Assembly (NCBI GenBank): GCA_040756235.1 | Contig: JBFLZG010000130.1 | Span: 1 to 64,000, forward strand | Direction: 5' to 3' | Length of the DNA: 64,000 bases | From: a bacterium | GTDB lineage: Bacteria > Desulfobacterota > DSWW01 | In this document: positions 37,210 to 45,948 of the stretch, piece by piece | Numbering within the stretch: the stretch's first letter is position 1 | Layout of the letters: the number at the start of each line of letters is the position of its first letter | Notes under the pieces: generated by a model | What the model saw: the letters and a program-made list of their open reading frames with translations, nothing else | Database searches by the model: none | Told to the model about the DNA's origin: nothing | Translations under genes and position numbers: made by a program

Positions 37210-38349
37210 ATGTGTAAGACGGGATCCACGGCTCTCGTGTCCCTTTTGTTTTTGGCCCTCCTCTGGGGCTGTGCGCAGGAGGGGACGCCGCCCGCGGGGA
37301 TTTCCCAGGCAAAGGCGGGTCAGCCGGCCCTTGCGGAAGAGGCCGGCCCTGAGAGTGCCACGGAAAGCTCGGGCGAGCACGCGAGCATTCGGTTCGAGCA
37401 GACGGCATTCGACTTCGGGGAAGCCGAGCCGGGCAAGAACATCGAGCACGTCTATCCGTTCAAGAACGTCGGGAACGCAACGCTGGTCATCGAGAAGGTC
37501 GAAAGCTCCTGAGGCTGCACGGGCGCTTTGGTCACGGCCAAAGACGTGCCCCCGGGCGGGGCAGGAGAAATCAAGGCGACGTTCAAGACAAAAGGGTTTC
37601 AGGGGGGCTCCGTGGCGAAGACCATCACGGTGGCAACGAATGATCCGCAGAACCGGCAGGTCCGCTTGAGCTTGACCGGGAAGGTGATCACCGATGTCAC
37701 GGTCGAGCCCCGGAGTCTCTACTTCGGTATCGTCGGAAGGGACGCTCCGCGCCAGCCGATCACGCTGCGGATCTCCCTTCGTCCGATCGAAGGCCTGCGG
37801 ATCACCGAAGTGAAATCCGAGAGCGACGCTTTCGTGTTGACGGTGCTGAGGGAAGACCCGGACAAGAAGGAGTACCTGTATTCGGTTGCTCTTATGGGGA
37901 GACCGCCAGTGGGGAAGCTGGCAGGAAGAATCGTGGTCCGGACGACCAGCAAGTCCATGCCGGAAGTCCAGATCGGGGCTCACGCATTGATCCAGGGAGA
38001 TGTCTCGGCTTCGCCGCGGGCGCTTTCCATGGGCGCCGTGCGGCCGGGCGAGCCGGCGACCCGGGAGCTGATCTTGATGAAGACGGGTTCTATGCCGTTC
38101 ACGGTCGAGAAGATCCTGCCGACGACTCCCACCCTCTCCGCCTCGGTCTTGGCGGAGAAGCCGGGCGAACGCTACCGGGTGCTGGTCACCTATGATCCCA
38201 AGAAGAGGGCGGAGGGGAGGATCTCCGAGAGGCTCACGATCTACGTGAAGACACAAAGTGAGGAGATCCTGGAGATCCCGGTCTACGGGACGTTCAAGCC
38301 GGAGCCCGCGCCCGGCGCCGGCCCTGCGCATGAACCCGGGGGTCGGTGA
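37210..38349 (+). CDS. Probable selenoprotein: DUF1573-like multi-Ig lipoprotein with Sec at TGA 37510-37512
   Basis: ORFs 37099-37512 and 37528-38349 are in the same frame; read-through gives FKNVGNATLVIEKVESS-U-GCTGA, versus SCGCT in the family; lipobox LWG-C; hairpin downstream of the TGA. Confidence 0.8.
37517..37549 (+). promoter_or_regulatory. Candidate bacterial SECIS hairpin
   Basis: GCACG/CGTGC lower stem, CTTTGG/CCAAAG upper stem, apical TCACGG about 20 nt after the TGA. Confidence 0.6.
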
Positions 38350-38356
38350 GTCCATT

Positions 38357-38380
38357 GTAGGGGCGCTGCTCGCTGCGCCC
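38357..38380 (+). repeat. GTAG-type REP-like palindrome
   Basis: GTAGGGGCGCTGCTCGCTGCGCCC; one mismatch from 16581. Confidence 0.7.
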
Positions 38381-38394
38381 GCGCCGCCGGATCC

Positions 38395-38435
38395 GATGAG
38401 CGCAACGCCGCAGATGGCCGTTTATCGACAGCCTC
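38395..38435 (-). repeat. Left-end fragment of the inverted-repeat element
   Basis: TGA|GAGGCTGTCGATAAACGGCCATCTGCGGCGTTGCGCTCATC. Confidence 0.8.
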
Positions 38436-38855
38436 TCAGAGGGCTTCGTTCACGCGCAGCTGCATCGCCCGGGTCGGGCATCCTTTGATGCACCAGGAGC
38501 AGGCGATGCACAGGGCGGGATCGAACTGCACGCGCATGGAAGGGCGGTCCATGAACAGGGCGTGGGTGGGGCAAAGACCCGTGCATGCCCCGCACTGCAC
38601 GCAGAGCTTCTCGTCCCGGGTGATCCCCCTCTCGATCGGCTCCACCTGCACGCCGCACCGTTTCAGGTACTGAATCCCCTTCTGGCAGCTCTCCTCGTCG
38701 CCGACGATCTCCAGGACCATCCTGCCTTCCTGGCGGGGCAGGATGAAAGCCTTGAGAATGTTGAAGGTGAGCCCGTAATCCGAAGCGAGCTTGCAGACGA
38801 TCGGCTGGTTCCAGGTCGACTCGCTGAAGCGAAGGACTTTGGTTTTGCTCGCCAC
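38436..38855 (-). CDS. NIL-domain 2x[4Fe-4S] ferredoxin (MA1822/MJ0099-like)
   Basis: FNILKA NIL motif; CVQCGACTGLCP and CIACSWCIKGCP; RBS GGAGGAG with GTG start. Confidence 0.92.
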   Translation of the reverse strand: MASKTKVLRFSESTWNQPIVCKLASDYGLTFNILKAFILPRQEGRMVLEIVGDEESCQKGIQYLKRCGVQVEPIERGITRDEKLCVQCGACTGLCPTHALFMDRPSMRVQFDPALCIACSWCIKGCPTRAMQLRVNEAL

Positions 38856-38874
38856 GACGATCTCCTCCCGAACC

Positions 38875-39648
38875 TCAAGCCGTCGAGGATTCAAGCTGAA
38901 CGAGGTCCAGCGGCCCCCAGACCCCGATTCGGTCTCCGCAGACGATCATCACCGCCGTGAGCCCCGGGATTGCCTGAGCCCGCTCCAGGGCAGGCTCGAT
39001 CTCGTCCGGCGACGTCACCATGTTGCCCAGGCCCGTGGCGGCGGCGTCGGCCAGGGCAGCCGAGGGAGCCCATACCGTCACCGCATCGGCTCGCCCGAGG
39101 CTCAGGGAAGGGCCCACCGTTCCCGAGGAAGTGCAAAGGCCGCATGGAGTCGCCCCCGGCTCGATCCGCACGCCGATGCGCATGCTGAGAGATGAAGCGC
39201 CAGCGAACAGCCCCACCACGGCAGGCCGGCTCAGGGCCAGGTAAATGTCGCCCCCGTTCTCCACGATGACCTCCTCGGAGAAGGCGGCCAGGTCGCGGCC
39301 GATCTCCTCCGAAATCGCCCCGGCCACCGCTGCCATGGGGCCGACGGACGCCACGGCCGCGGCGCGCAGCATCTCCCGGACCACGGCCGGGGCCTCAGGG
39401 TCCGGAGCCAGGGGGACCCAGCTCGTTTCGAAGCCCGGCCGGCCGGCGATGTACTCTTCGATGGCCCGGCGACACCGCATCGCCGACTGCAGGGCCTCGT
39501 TCGAGAGGTCCCTGGCGGCCTTGATGTAAAGGTCGGTCTCTTTCCAGGCCACCGAGAAGGCGACGAATCGTTCCCCCGAGGAGAAATCCCGATAGCTCCG
39601 GTCTATGTAGTCCGACGTTTGATGTTGCCTCCGGGAGGAATCGGCCAC
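38875..39648 (-). CDS. UPF0280/COG2122 ApbE-like protein; start uncertain
   Basis: ETDLYI, VGPMAAVAG, VENGGDI, CTSSGTVGPSLSLG.ADA. Confidence 0.9.
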   Translation of the reverse strand: MADSSRRQHQTSDYIDRSYRDFSSGERFVAFSVAWKETDLYIKAARDLSNEALQSAMRCRRAIEEYIAGRPGFETSWVPLAPDPEAPAVVREMLRAAAVASVGPMAAVAGAISEEIGRDLAAFSEEVIVENGGDIYLALSRPAVVGLFAGASSLSMRIGVRIEPGATPCGLCTSSGTVGPSLSLGRADAVTVWAPSAALADAAATGLGNMVTSPDEIEPALERAQAIPGLTAVMIVCGDRIGVWGPLDLVQLESSTA

Positions 39649-40817
39649 TGCGGCTCTCCGAGAAAGAACCGCTTCCCGCGAATCCATTCCTTCAGGGTTT
39701 CGGCGATCTCCACCGCCTTCGGATAGCTGGACAGGGGGGCGGTGGGGACCTCCTTGCCGCGGAACAGGATCTTGCCGCTCTTGAGCTCCGCGTACGTGAC
39801 CTCGCCCAGCGACTGCCCTGTTCCGAACGGGTAATCATGGCTGTATTCGATGATCTGCGTGACGATGTCTTGGTCCTTTACCGCGGTGAAGAACGCCATC
39901 TCCTCATCGAGAATCGGGATGGGAATACCCAGGCCCACGTACAGGGTCGCTCCATAACCCTGCAGGCTGGCCCCCACGAGCCATTCCGGTTTCATCTGCT
40001 TGAGGTCTCCGGTGACCGAGATCGTACCGGCCCCGGAGGTCGGGACCCCCTTTTCGTTGCGGTTCGGATTGGGGTTGTGTTGGGTCCCGAAAAACGTCAC
40101 GTACCCTTCTCCTCCGCCCAGGAAGATTCTGGTCCCGACGCCGATCGTGCGGAAATAAGGATCGTTCAGAAGGGGGCTGAGCTGGCCCGCGCTGCAGTAG
40201 CTCGCGTTGGCCGCATTGGGCTTGAGAATCCCCATGTAGGTGTAAATGGTTCGATCCGACAGGTTCACGGCGCAATTGTAGTTCTGGTATGCGTTGCGGG
40301 GATTGAAAAGGATCGCCTGCGGAACCGTCTTCAGACTGATCTTCTTCACCAGCTCCTTGCGGGGGTAACAGTCGGTCCCATAGCTCGTGGCCCGCAACTG
40401 GACTTCCTTGCCCGCGACCAGCTCGTGAATGACGTGGCCTCCGCCGTAGAAGAAGGAGCCCGGAAAGACCTTGTTCAGAGGATCTTCCTCGGGCAGCTCG
40501 GTTGCGCCCAGATAGACGTCCACGGCGGCGATGCCGGTGTAGGCGGGCACATTGTTCAGCCATGCCCGGTGGGCCCTGATCTTCGGGCTGGAGTGGCCGA
40601 AGTTCAGGAACATGCCCGAGGAGCACATGGGCCCGAAGGTCCCGGTCGTCACCACGTCCACTTCCCGCGCCGCCTGGGCGGCGCCCTTTTCCTCCACGAC
40701 CCGGACCATCTCCTCGGCGGTCAGCACGACCGCCTTGCCCTTCAGGATCTTCTGATTGATTTCCTGGTACGTTTTCTTTACCTTGGCTCCGCTCCGCTTC
40801 AGGGTCGGCGAGGGCAT
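39603..40817 (-). CDS. DUF39 homocysteine biosynthesis sulfurtransferase (MA1821/MJ0100-like)
   Basis: EVDVVTTGTFGPMCSSG, YGGGHVI, YGTDCYPR, NPRNAYQNY, LSPLLNDP. Confidence 0.93.
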   Translation of the reverse strand: MPSPTLKRSGAKVKKTYQEINQKILKGKAVVLTAEEMVRVVEEKGAAQAAREVDVVTTGTFGPMCSSGMFLNFGHSSPKIRAHRAWLNNVPAYTGIAAVDVYLGATELPEEDPLNKVFPGSFFYGGGHVIHELVAGKEVQLRATSYGTDCYPRKELVKKISLKTVPQAILFNPRNAYQNYNCAVNLSDRTIYTYMGILKPNAANASYCSAGQLSPLLNDPYFRTIGVGTRIFLGGGEGYVTFFGTQHNPNPNRNEKGVPTSGAGTISVTGDLKQMKPEWLVGASLQGYGATLYVGLGIPIPILDEEMAFFTAVKDQDIVTQIIEYSHDYPFGTGQSLGEVTYAELKSGKILFRGKEVPTAPLSSYPKAVEIAETLKEWIRGKRFFLGEPQWPIPPGGNIKRRTT

Positions 40818-41013
40818 CGGAGGCTCCTTTCTGGGTACGGCGGACGGGAACGGCTTCGCTGCCTTGAGGGCGAAGCGACGTCTGGGCGGGCCGTCAGAAG
40901 CGCATACGCCGCGGCGCTATCGGCTGGACGAAGGCGGCGCACCGCTCCCCCCTTTCGAACTTTTTATTCGAGCACGTTCCCTCGGGCCGTGTCAATGCCT
41001 CGTAAGGGCAGGA

Positions 41014-41039
41014 GAGACAGGTTTGAAACCTGCCCCTAC
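41014..41039 (-). repeat. GTAG-type REP-like palindrome
   Basis: Minus strand GTAGGGGCAGGTTTCAAACCTGTCTC. Confidence 0.65.
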
Positions 41040-41070
41040 ACAGCCTGGCAACTCATCCTAGGTGAAGGCC

Positions 41071-42165
41071 ATGGACCCAAACGACTCTGAAAAATCCGGC
41101 TCGCCGGGCGAGAGCCTGCTGCAGACCGAATCGTTCGGCGAAGTCCTGTCCTTGCTGCGAAAATCGATGCCGCCCGGCACCTCGATCGAAACCGTCACAC
41201 CCCTTGAAGGGGATGCGTCCGACCGCAGGTATTTCCGGATCCGATATCGCGTCGACCCTAGCGCCCGTGCCGCAGCCGCCATCCTCATGCGGCTGGCCAA
41301 TCCCTGGGCGCCGGAGGAACGGCGGCCCGATCTGCCCTTTGTCAACGTCGCCAGGCACCTGTCTGAAAAGGGGCTTCCGGTTCCCCGCATCCTCGTCGAT
41401 GCCGCTCGCGAGGGCTTTGTCCTGCTGGAGGATGCCGGCGATGCCACGCTGCAGCAGGCGCTCCGGGCCTGTGCGGCGACGGAGAGGAGGGCGAGGTACA
41501 GGGAGGCCGTGGATCTCCTCGTTCGCATGCAGCGCGAGGCATCGAAGCCCTCCGGCTCGCCGTGCTATGCCCTCCAGTTCGCCTTCGATGGAGAGACCTT
41601 TTTCCGGGAGCTGTGTTTTTTCGCGGACCATGCGATCGAGGGCCTCTGGAAGAAAAAGATGCGCGCCCCTGACCGGGTCGAGATGGAGGCGCTCTTCCAC
41701 GACCTGTGCCGGAAGGTTGCGGACCTTCCGAGGGTGTTCACACATCGGGACTACCACTCGCGCAACCTCATGGTCCGGCCGGGGGGGCTGCTCATGCTGG
41801 ATTTCCAGGACGCTCGGCTCGGCCCCTACACCTATGACCTGGCCTCCCTGCTGCTCGATTCCTACGTTGCGCTCGAGCCGCAAGAGCAGGAAGACCTGTT
41901 GCTGTATTACTGCGAGGGCTCGAGCAGGGGCGGAGCGGACTTTGGCCGCCGAGCCAGGATCAGGGAGGAGCTCGCCAGGACGGGACTGCAGCGCAATCTA
42001 AAGGCCATCGGTACGTTCGCCTACCAGGCAGTGGTCAGAAAGAACGAACGCTACTTGCCTTACGTACCCGGCACGGTGTGCTCGGTGCGCCGCACGCTCG
42101 AGCGCTACGAGGACCTGACTCCCCTGCGGAAGCTGCTCGAAAAGTACGTGGAAGGGCTGAGTTGA
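41071..42165 (+). CDS. Aminoglycoside-phosphotransferase-family kinase (AmgK-like)
   Basis: GDASDRRYFR, HRDYHSRNL, DFQDA, YDLASLL, QRNLKAIG. Confidence 0.88.
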   Translation: MDPNDSEKSGSPGESLLQTESFGEVLSLLRKSMPPGTSIETVTPLEGDASDRRYFRIRYRVDPSARAAAAILMRLANPWAPEERRPDLPFVNVARHLSEKGLPVPRILVDAAREGFVLLEDAGDATLQQALRACAATERRARYREAVDLLVRMQREASKPSGSPCYALQFAFDGETFFRELCFFADHAIEGLWKKKMRAPDRVEMEALFHDLCRKVADLPRVFTHRDYHSRNLMVRPGGLLMLDFQDARLGPYTYDLASLLLDSYVALEPQEQEDLLLYYCEGSSRGGADFGRRARIREELARTGLQRNLKAIGTFAYQAVVRKNERYLPYVPGTVCSVRRTLERYEDLTPLRKLLEKYVEGLS

Positions 42166-42264
42166 AACGCCACCGCTCCTCGCACGGCGCGCGCCCGAGA
42201 GGCAGGGCCGGAACGGCGCTGGTGGGCCGAAGTTCCCGAACAACCCGTTCCCCGAGTAGCCCGT

Positions 42265-42294
42265 TTGACCCGCCGGAGCAAGATATGCTATAAA
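42265..42294 (+). promoter_or_regulatory. sigma70-type promoter with extended -10
   Basis: TTGACC-N18-TATAAA, with TGc immediately before the -10. Confidence 0.65.
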
Positions 42295-42469
42295 AACCAA
42301 CCTGTTGCAAAGGCAGATGGGAAGCACGAGGAGGCCGGAGCGCCGCTTTGTGCGGCAAGGGGAGTGCCGAGGAGGTACCTCGCACGCCGGTGTGAAATGC
42401 CGGGGTGCGAGGCACGCGGGCCGCCGCAGATCGGGCGTTTGTCGACGGCCGCAAAGGGAGGAGGAGACG

Positions 42470-43630
42470 ATGCCCCAGTATGAGCTGACTGAAGAACAGA
42501 GAATGCTGCAGGAGACGGTGGCCAGGATCGCCAAGGCACAGGTCGAGCCCGGAGCAGAGCATCGGGACAGGGAAGGGAAGTTCGACTGGAGCATGGTGAG
42601 CGTGCTCCGGGAGAACGGGCTCCTCGGGATCGATTTCCCGGAAAAGCACGGGGGCGCCGAGGCCGGTCTGTTGAGCCTGATGCTCGTAGTCGAAGAGCTT
42701 TCCAAGGTCGACGCCTCGGTCGGTCTGCTGCCTGCCGTGCAGGAGCTTGGTACGCTTCCCATTCTCCTGGCCGGGAACGAGGCCCAGAAGGCCAAGTACC
42801 TGCCTGCTCTCGCCAGCGGTGAGAAGCTTGCCGCCTTCGGCCTGACCGAGGCGCGCGGCGGCTCGGATGTGGCCGAGCTGAGAACCAAGGCGGTCCGGGA
42901 CGGCGATCACTTCATCCTGAACGGAAGCAAGATGTTCATTTCGAACGGAAGCGTGGCCGAGACGCACACCGTTTACGCCCTCACGAGCCCTGAGCAGAAG
43001 ACACATCGAAGAGGCAGCGTCTTCATCGTCGAGAAGGGCACGCCCGGATTCTCGGTGGGAAAGAAAGAGGACAAGATGGGCATCCGCTCCTCGGACACGG
43101 TGGAGCTCGTATTCGAAGACTGCCGCGTGCCCGCGGAGAACCTCCTGGCCGAAGAGGGGTCGGGCTTCTCGGTCATGATGAAGACGTTGGATTTCAGCCG
43201 GCCCGGGATTGCCGCCCAGGCACTGGGAATCGCGGCTGGCGCGGCCGAGTACGCGGCGAAGTACGCCAAAGAGCGGATCGCCTTCGGCAAGCCGATCGCC
43301 AGCTTTCAGGGGATTTCCTTCAAGCTGGCGGACATGTTCATCGAGATCGAGGCCGCCCGGCAGCTGCTCTACAAATGCGCCTCCGTGCTGCAGGAGTGCC
43401 CGAAGGACATGAGCCGGCTCCTGCCCGAGCAGATCCGCCTCTCGTCAGCCGCAAAGACCTTCTGCGGGGATACGGCCATGTGGGTGACGGTCGAAGCCGT
43501 GCAGGTCCTGGGCGGTTACGGGTACAGCCGGGAATATCCGGTGGAGCGCTTCATGCGGGACGCGAAGATCACCCAGATCTACGAAGGCACGCAGGAAATC
43601 CAGAGGATGGTCGTGGCCAACACCCTGTGA
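42470..43630 (+). CDS. Acyl-CoA dehydrogenase
   Basis: FGLTEARGGSD, KMFISNG, KMGIRSS, GGYGY, RDAKITQIYEGT. Confidence 0.95.
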   Translation: MPQYELTEEQRMLQETVARIAKAQVEPGAEHRDREGKFDWSMVSVLRENGLLGIDFPEKHGGAEAGLLSLMLVVEELSKVDASVGLLPAVQELGTLPILLAGNEAQKAKYLPALASGEKLAAFGLTEARGGSDVAELRTKAVRDGDHFILNGSKMFISNGSVAETHTVYALTSPEQKTHRRGSVFIVEKGTPGFSVGKKEDKMGIRSSDTVELVFEDCRVPAENLLAEEGSGFSVMMKTLDFSRPGIAAQALGIAAGAAEYAAKYAKERIAFGKPIASFQGISFKLADMFIEIEAARQLLYKCASVLQECPKDMSRLLPEQIRLSSAAKTFCGDTAMWVTVEAVQVLGGYGYSREYPVERFMRDAKITQIYEGTQEIQRMVVANTL

Positions 43631-43639
43631 AGACAACAA

Positions 43640-43667
43640 GTAGGGGCGAAAGATTTTTCGCCCCTAC
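43640..43667 (+). repeat. GTAG...CTAC palindrome (REP-like)
   Basis: GTAGGGGCGAAAGATTTTTCGCCCCTAC. Confidence 0.75.
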
Positions 43668-43716
43668 TCCTTGACCTCCAACCTGGATTCGCAGGGTGTC
43701 GAAAAATCCTCTCTTG

Positions 43717-43892
43717 AGAGGCTGTTGAGAAACGGCCAGATGCAAGGCGCGCGAAATTCCGAGGCCTGTTCCGAGGGACCCGAGGGCGACGAGGAAACCC
43801 CCGGGTACCCTTGGCCGTCGTACAGTTGCGCAGGGGATTGCTTCGCTCCGCTCGCAACAGGCGCCGCAGATGGCCGTTTCTCGACAGCCTCT
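43717..43892 (-). repeat. Inverted-repeat element, type B cargo, abutting the Nif3 stop
   Basis: TGA|AGAGGCTGTCGAGAAACGGCCATCTGCGGCGCCTGTTGCGAGCGGAGCGAAGCAATCCCC...CAACAGCCTCT. Confidence 0.85.
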
Positions 43893-44651
43893 TCAGAAGG
43901 GGCAGCCGGTCCTGAAGAAGTGAACCGGCAGCTTGAATTTCTTTTGCAGGTGTCGGCCCAGGGCCTTCACGCCGAAGGTTTCGGTCCTGTAGTGGCCGGC
44001 AAAGAGAACGTTCAAGCCCAGCTCCCGGGCCGCATCGTATGCCGCCTCCTTGGCCTCGCCCGTGAGGAACAGATCGAGACCGACCCGATTGGCCTCCTCC
44101 AGGAAGGAGAGATCGCTCGCAGACCCGGAGACGATGCCCACACGGGAGACGCGGTGCGGTCCGAACCGCAGCAGCGTCTTGGGGACGCCGATCTTCCGGC
44201 TGACGACGGCCATGATTTGCCCGAGGGAAGCGGGAGCGGCCAGGCGTCCCTGGACTCCGATCGCCCGGGGGCCGTAGGTCCCGAAAGGCTCGGTCCCGCT
44301 CAGGCCGAGAAGGCGGGCGATTTCGGCGTTGTTGCCCACCTCGGGGTGCGCGTCGAGGGGGAGGTGGGCGGCGTAGAGCGCGATGTCCGCTTCGAGCAAG
44401 GCGCGGATACGGCCGTACAGGACTCCGCAGACAGGGGCAGGGTCGCTCCACAGAATGCCGTGGTGGACCAGAAGGAGGTTACATCTTTGCCTGGAAGCCT
44501 GCTCGATAGACTCCAGGCAGGCGTCCACCGCGAGCGCGATCCGATCGGCGGAGCCGGAATTCTCGACCTGGAGACCGTTGACGGAAGCGTCCGAAAAAGC
44601 GCCCCGGTCGAGGTAACGGTCCAGATAGGAGACGATGTCGGCAAGTTTCAC
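43893..44651 (-). CDS. Nif3-like dinuclear metal-centre protein
   Basis: NGLQVE, VHHG, AHLPLDAH..GNN, TGE, GHY.TE.FG. Confidence 0.95.
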   Translation of the reverse strand: MKLADIVSYLDRYLDRGAFSDASVNGLQVENSGSADRIALAVDACLESIEQASRQRCNLLLVHHGILWSDPAPVCGVLYGRIRALLEADIALYAAHLPLDAHPEVGNNAEIARLLGLSGTEPFGTYGPRAIGVQGRLAAPASLGQIMAVVSRKIGVPKTLLRFGPHRVSRVGIVSGSASDLSFLEEANRVGLDLFLTGEAKEAAYDAARELGLNVLFAGHYRTETFGVKALGRHLQKKFKLPVHFFRTGCPF

Positions 44652-44884
44652 GATCCCCCTCTTCAGCAGATAGATGGGGCCATCTGTCAGCCGCTGCCAC
44701 TATCGAGTTCGGTTGTCTATAACACTTCACGCAGAGAAGTGTCGAATCCTGTCCGGCAGGGCCGCCCTCGATGATGAACGGCTTCCTCAGGCTCGTTGAC
44801 TCGAAGGGCACCCTTCTGATAATCACGTAGGATCCGACAGGCGGGGCCGTGCGGCGCCATTCGCAGGGCAAGGGAACGGGAGAG

Positions 44885-45754
44885 ATGGAAATACACCGAC
44901 AAGCAAACCAAAAAATGACGACGCGGGGCTCTTCAGCCGCGCGCTCCCTGGCGGCCGCCGGACTGATCGTTTGGGTGGCCGGGGTGTGCGGCTGTGCTTA
45001 TTTCAAGGAGAAGCCGGAGCTCACTGCAGAGGAGAACTTTCGGAAGGGCACCGAGGAATTCAATAAAGAGCATTACGAGTCCGCCATCCCGTTTTTTCAG
45101 AAGATCCTGGAAAGCTATCCGTTCAGCATCCATGCCGTGCCGGCGGAGCTGAAGGTCGGCGAGTGCTATTTTCTCGAGGAGAAATATCCGGAAGCGCTCG
45201 TGCACCTGCAAGGGTTCGAGGAACTGCACCCCACCAACGATCAGATCCCGTACGTGATCTGGATGAAGGCGGTGTCCTACTCAGAGCAATTCTCCACGAT
45301 CGACCGGGACGTGACTTCGCTGGAGAGCGCGCAGAAGGAGCTTCAGAAGCTGCGGCAGCGTTTTCCCCAGAGCCCCTATGCGGAGAAGGCGGAGGATCTG
45401 CTCCGGGAGGTTCGGACGAAGCTGGCCGAGCATGATTTTTACGTGGCTCGTTTTTACTATCGGGACGGAAAGTTCAATGCCGCGCTGCCGCGCTACAAGA
45501 GGATTCTGGAGAAGTTCCCCGAGGCCGGAATCGCGGACCATGCGCTTTATGAGGCAGGGAAGTGCCATTACTTTCTGAACGAGGACGATGCAGCGAGAGA
45601 CAGCTTTACCCGGTTGGTTCAGGCCTACCCTGAGAGTGAGTACCGGGGCAAGGCCGAGGAGTTCCTGCAGGATCTCAACGACGGCCGCTATACGGTCGTC
45701 TCCAGGTACTTCCGGGCAAAGGAGAGGGTGTTCCGCTGGTTCGGCTACGAATAG
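44885..45754 (+). CDS. bamD: Outer membrane assembly lipoprotein; start uncertain
   Basis: Lipobox CGC, YPFS, HPTN, DRD, FPQSPY, LAEHDFYVARFY TPR pattern. Confidence 0.9.
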   Translation: MEIHRQANQKMTTRGSSAARSLAAAGLIVWVAGVCGCAYFKEKPELTAEENFRKGTEEFNKEHYESAIPFFQKILESYPFSIHAVPAELKVGECYFLEEKYPEALVHLQGFEELHPTNDQIPYVIWMKAVSYSEQFSTIDRDVTSLESAQKELQKLRQRFPQSPYAEKAEDLLREVRTKLAEHDFYVARFYYRDGKFNAALPRYKRILEKFPEAGIADHALYEAGKCHYFLNEDDAARDSFTRLVQAYPESEYRGKAEEFLQDLNDGRYTVVSRYFRAKERVFRWFGYE

Positions 45755-45756
45755 CG

Positions 45757-45932
45757 GAGGCTGTCCAAAAACGCCCATCTGCGCAGCCTGTTGCGAGCGA
45801 AGCGAAGTAATCCCCCCTGGCACCATACTTGCGGCGGCCAGCTGTGCCCGGGGGTTTCCTCGTCGCTCAGGCTCCTCGGAACAGGCCTCAGGACTTCGCC
45901 TGCCTTGCATCTGGGCATTTTTGAACAGCCTC
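45757..45932 (+). repeat. Inverted-repeat element, type B cargo, 2 nt after the bamD stop
   Basis: GAGGCTGTCCAAAAACGCCCATCTGC...GCCTTGCATCTGGGCATTTTTGAACAGCCTC. Confidence 0.85.
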
Positions 45933-45948
45933 TGGGACAGGGCTTGGA

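Noticed and set aside
40820..40990. SAM riboswitch upstream of the homocysteine gene
   Set aside because: No SAM-I/II consensus elements visible in the leader
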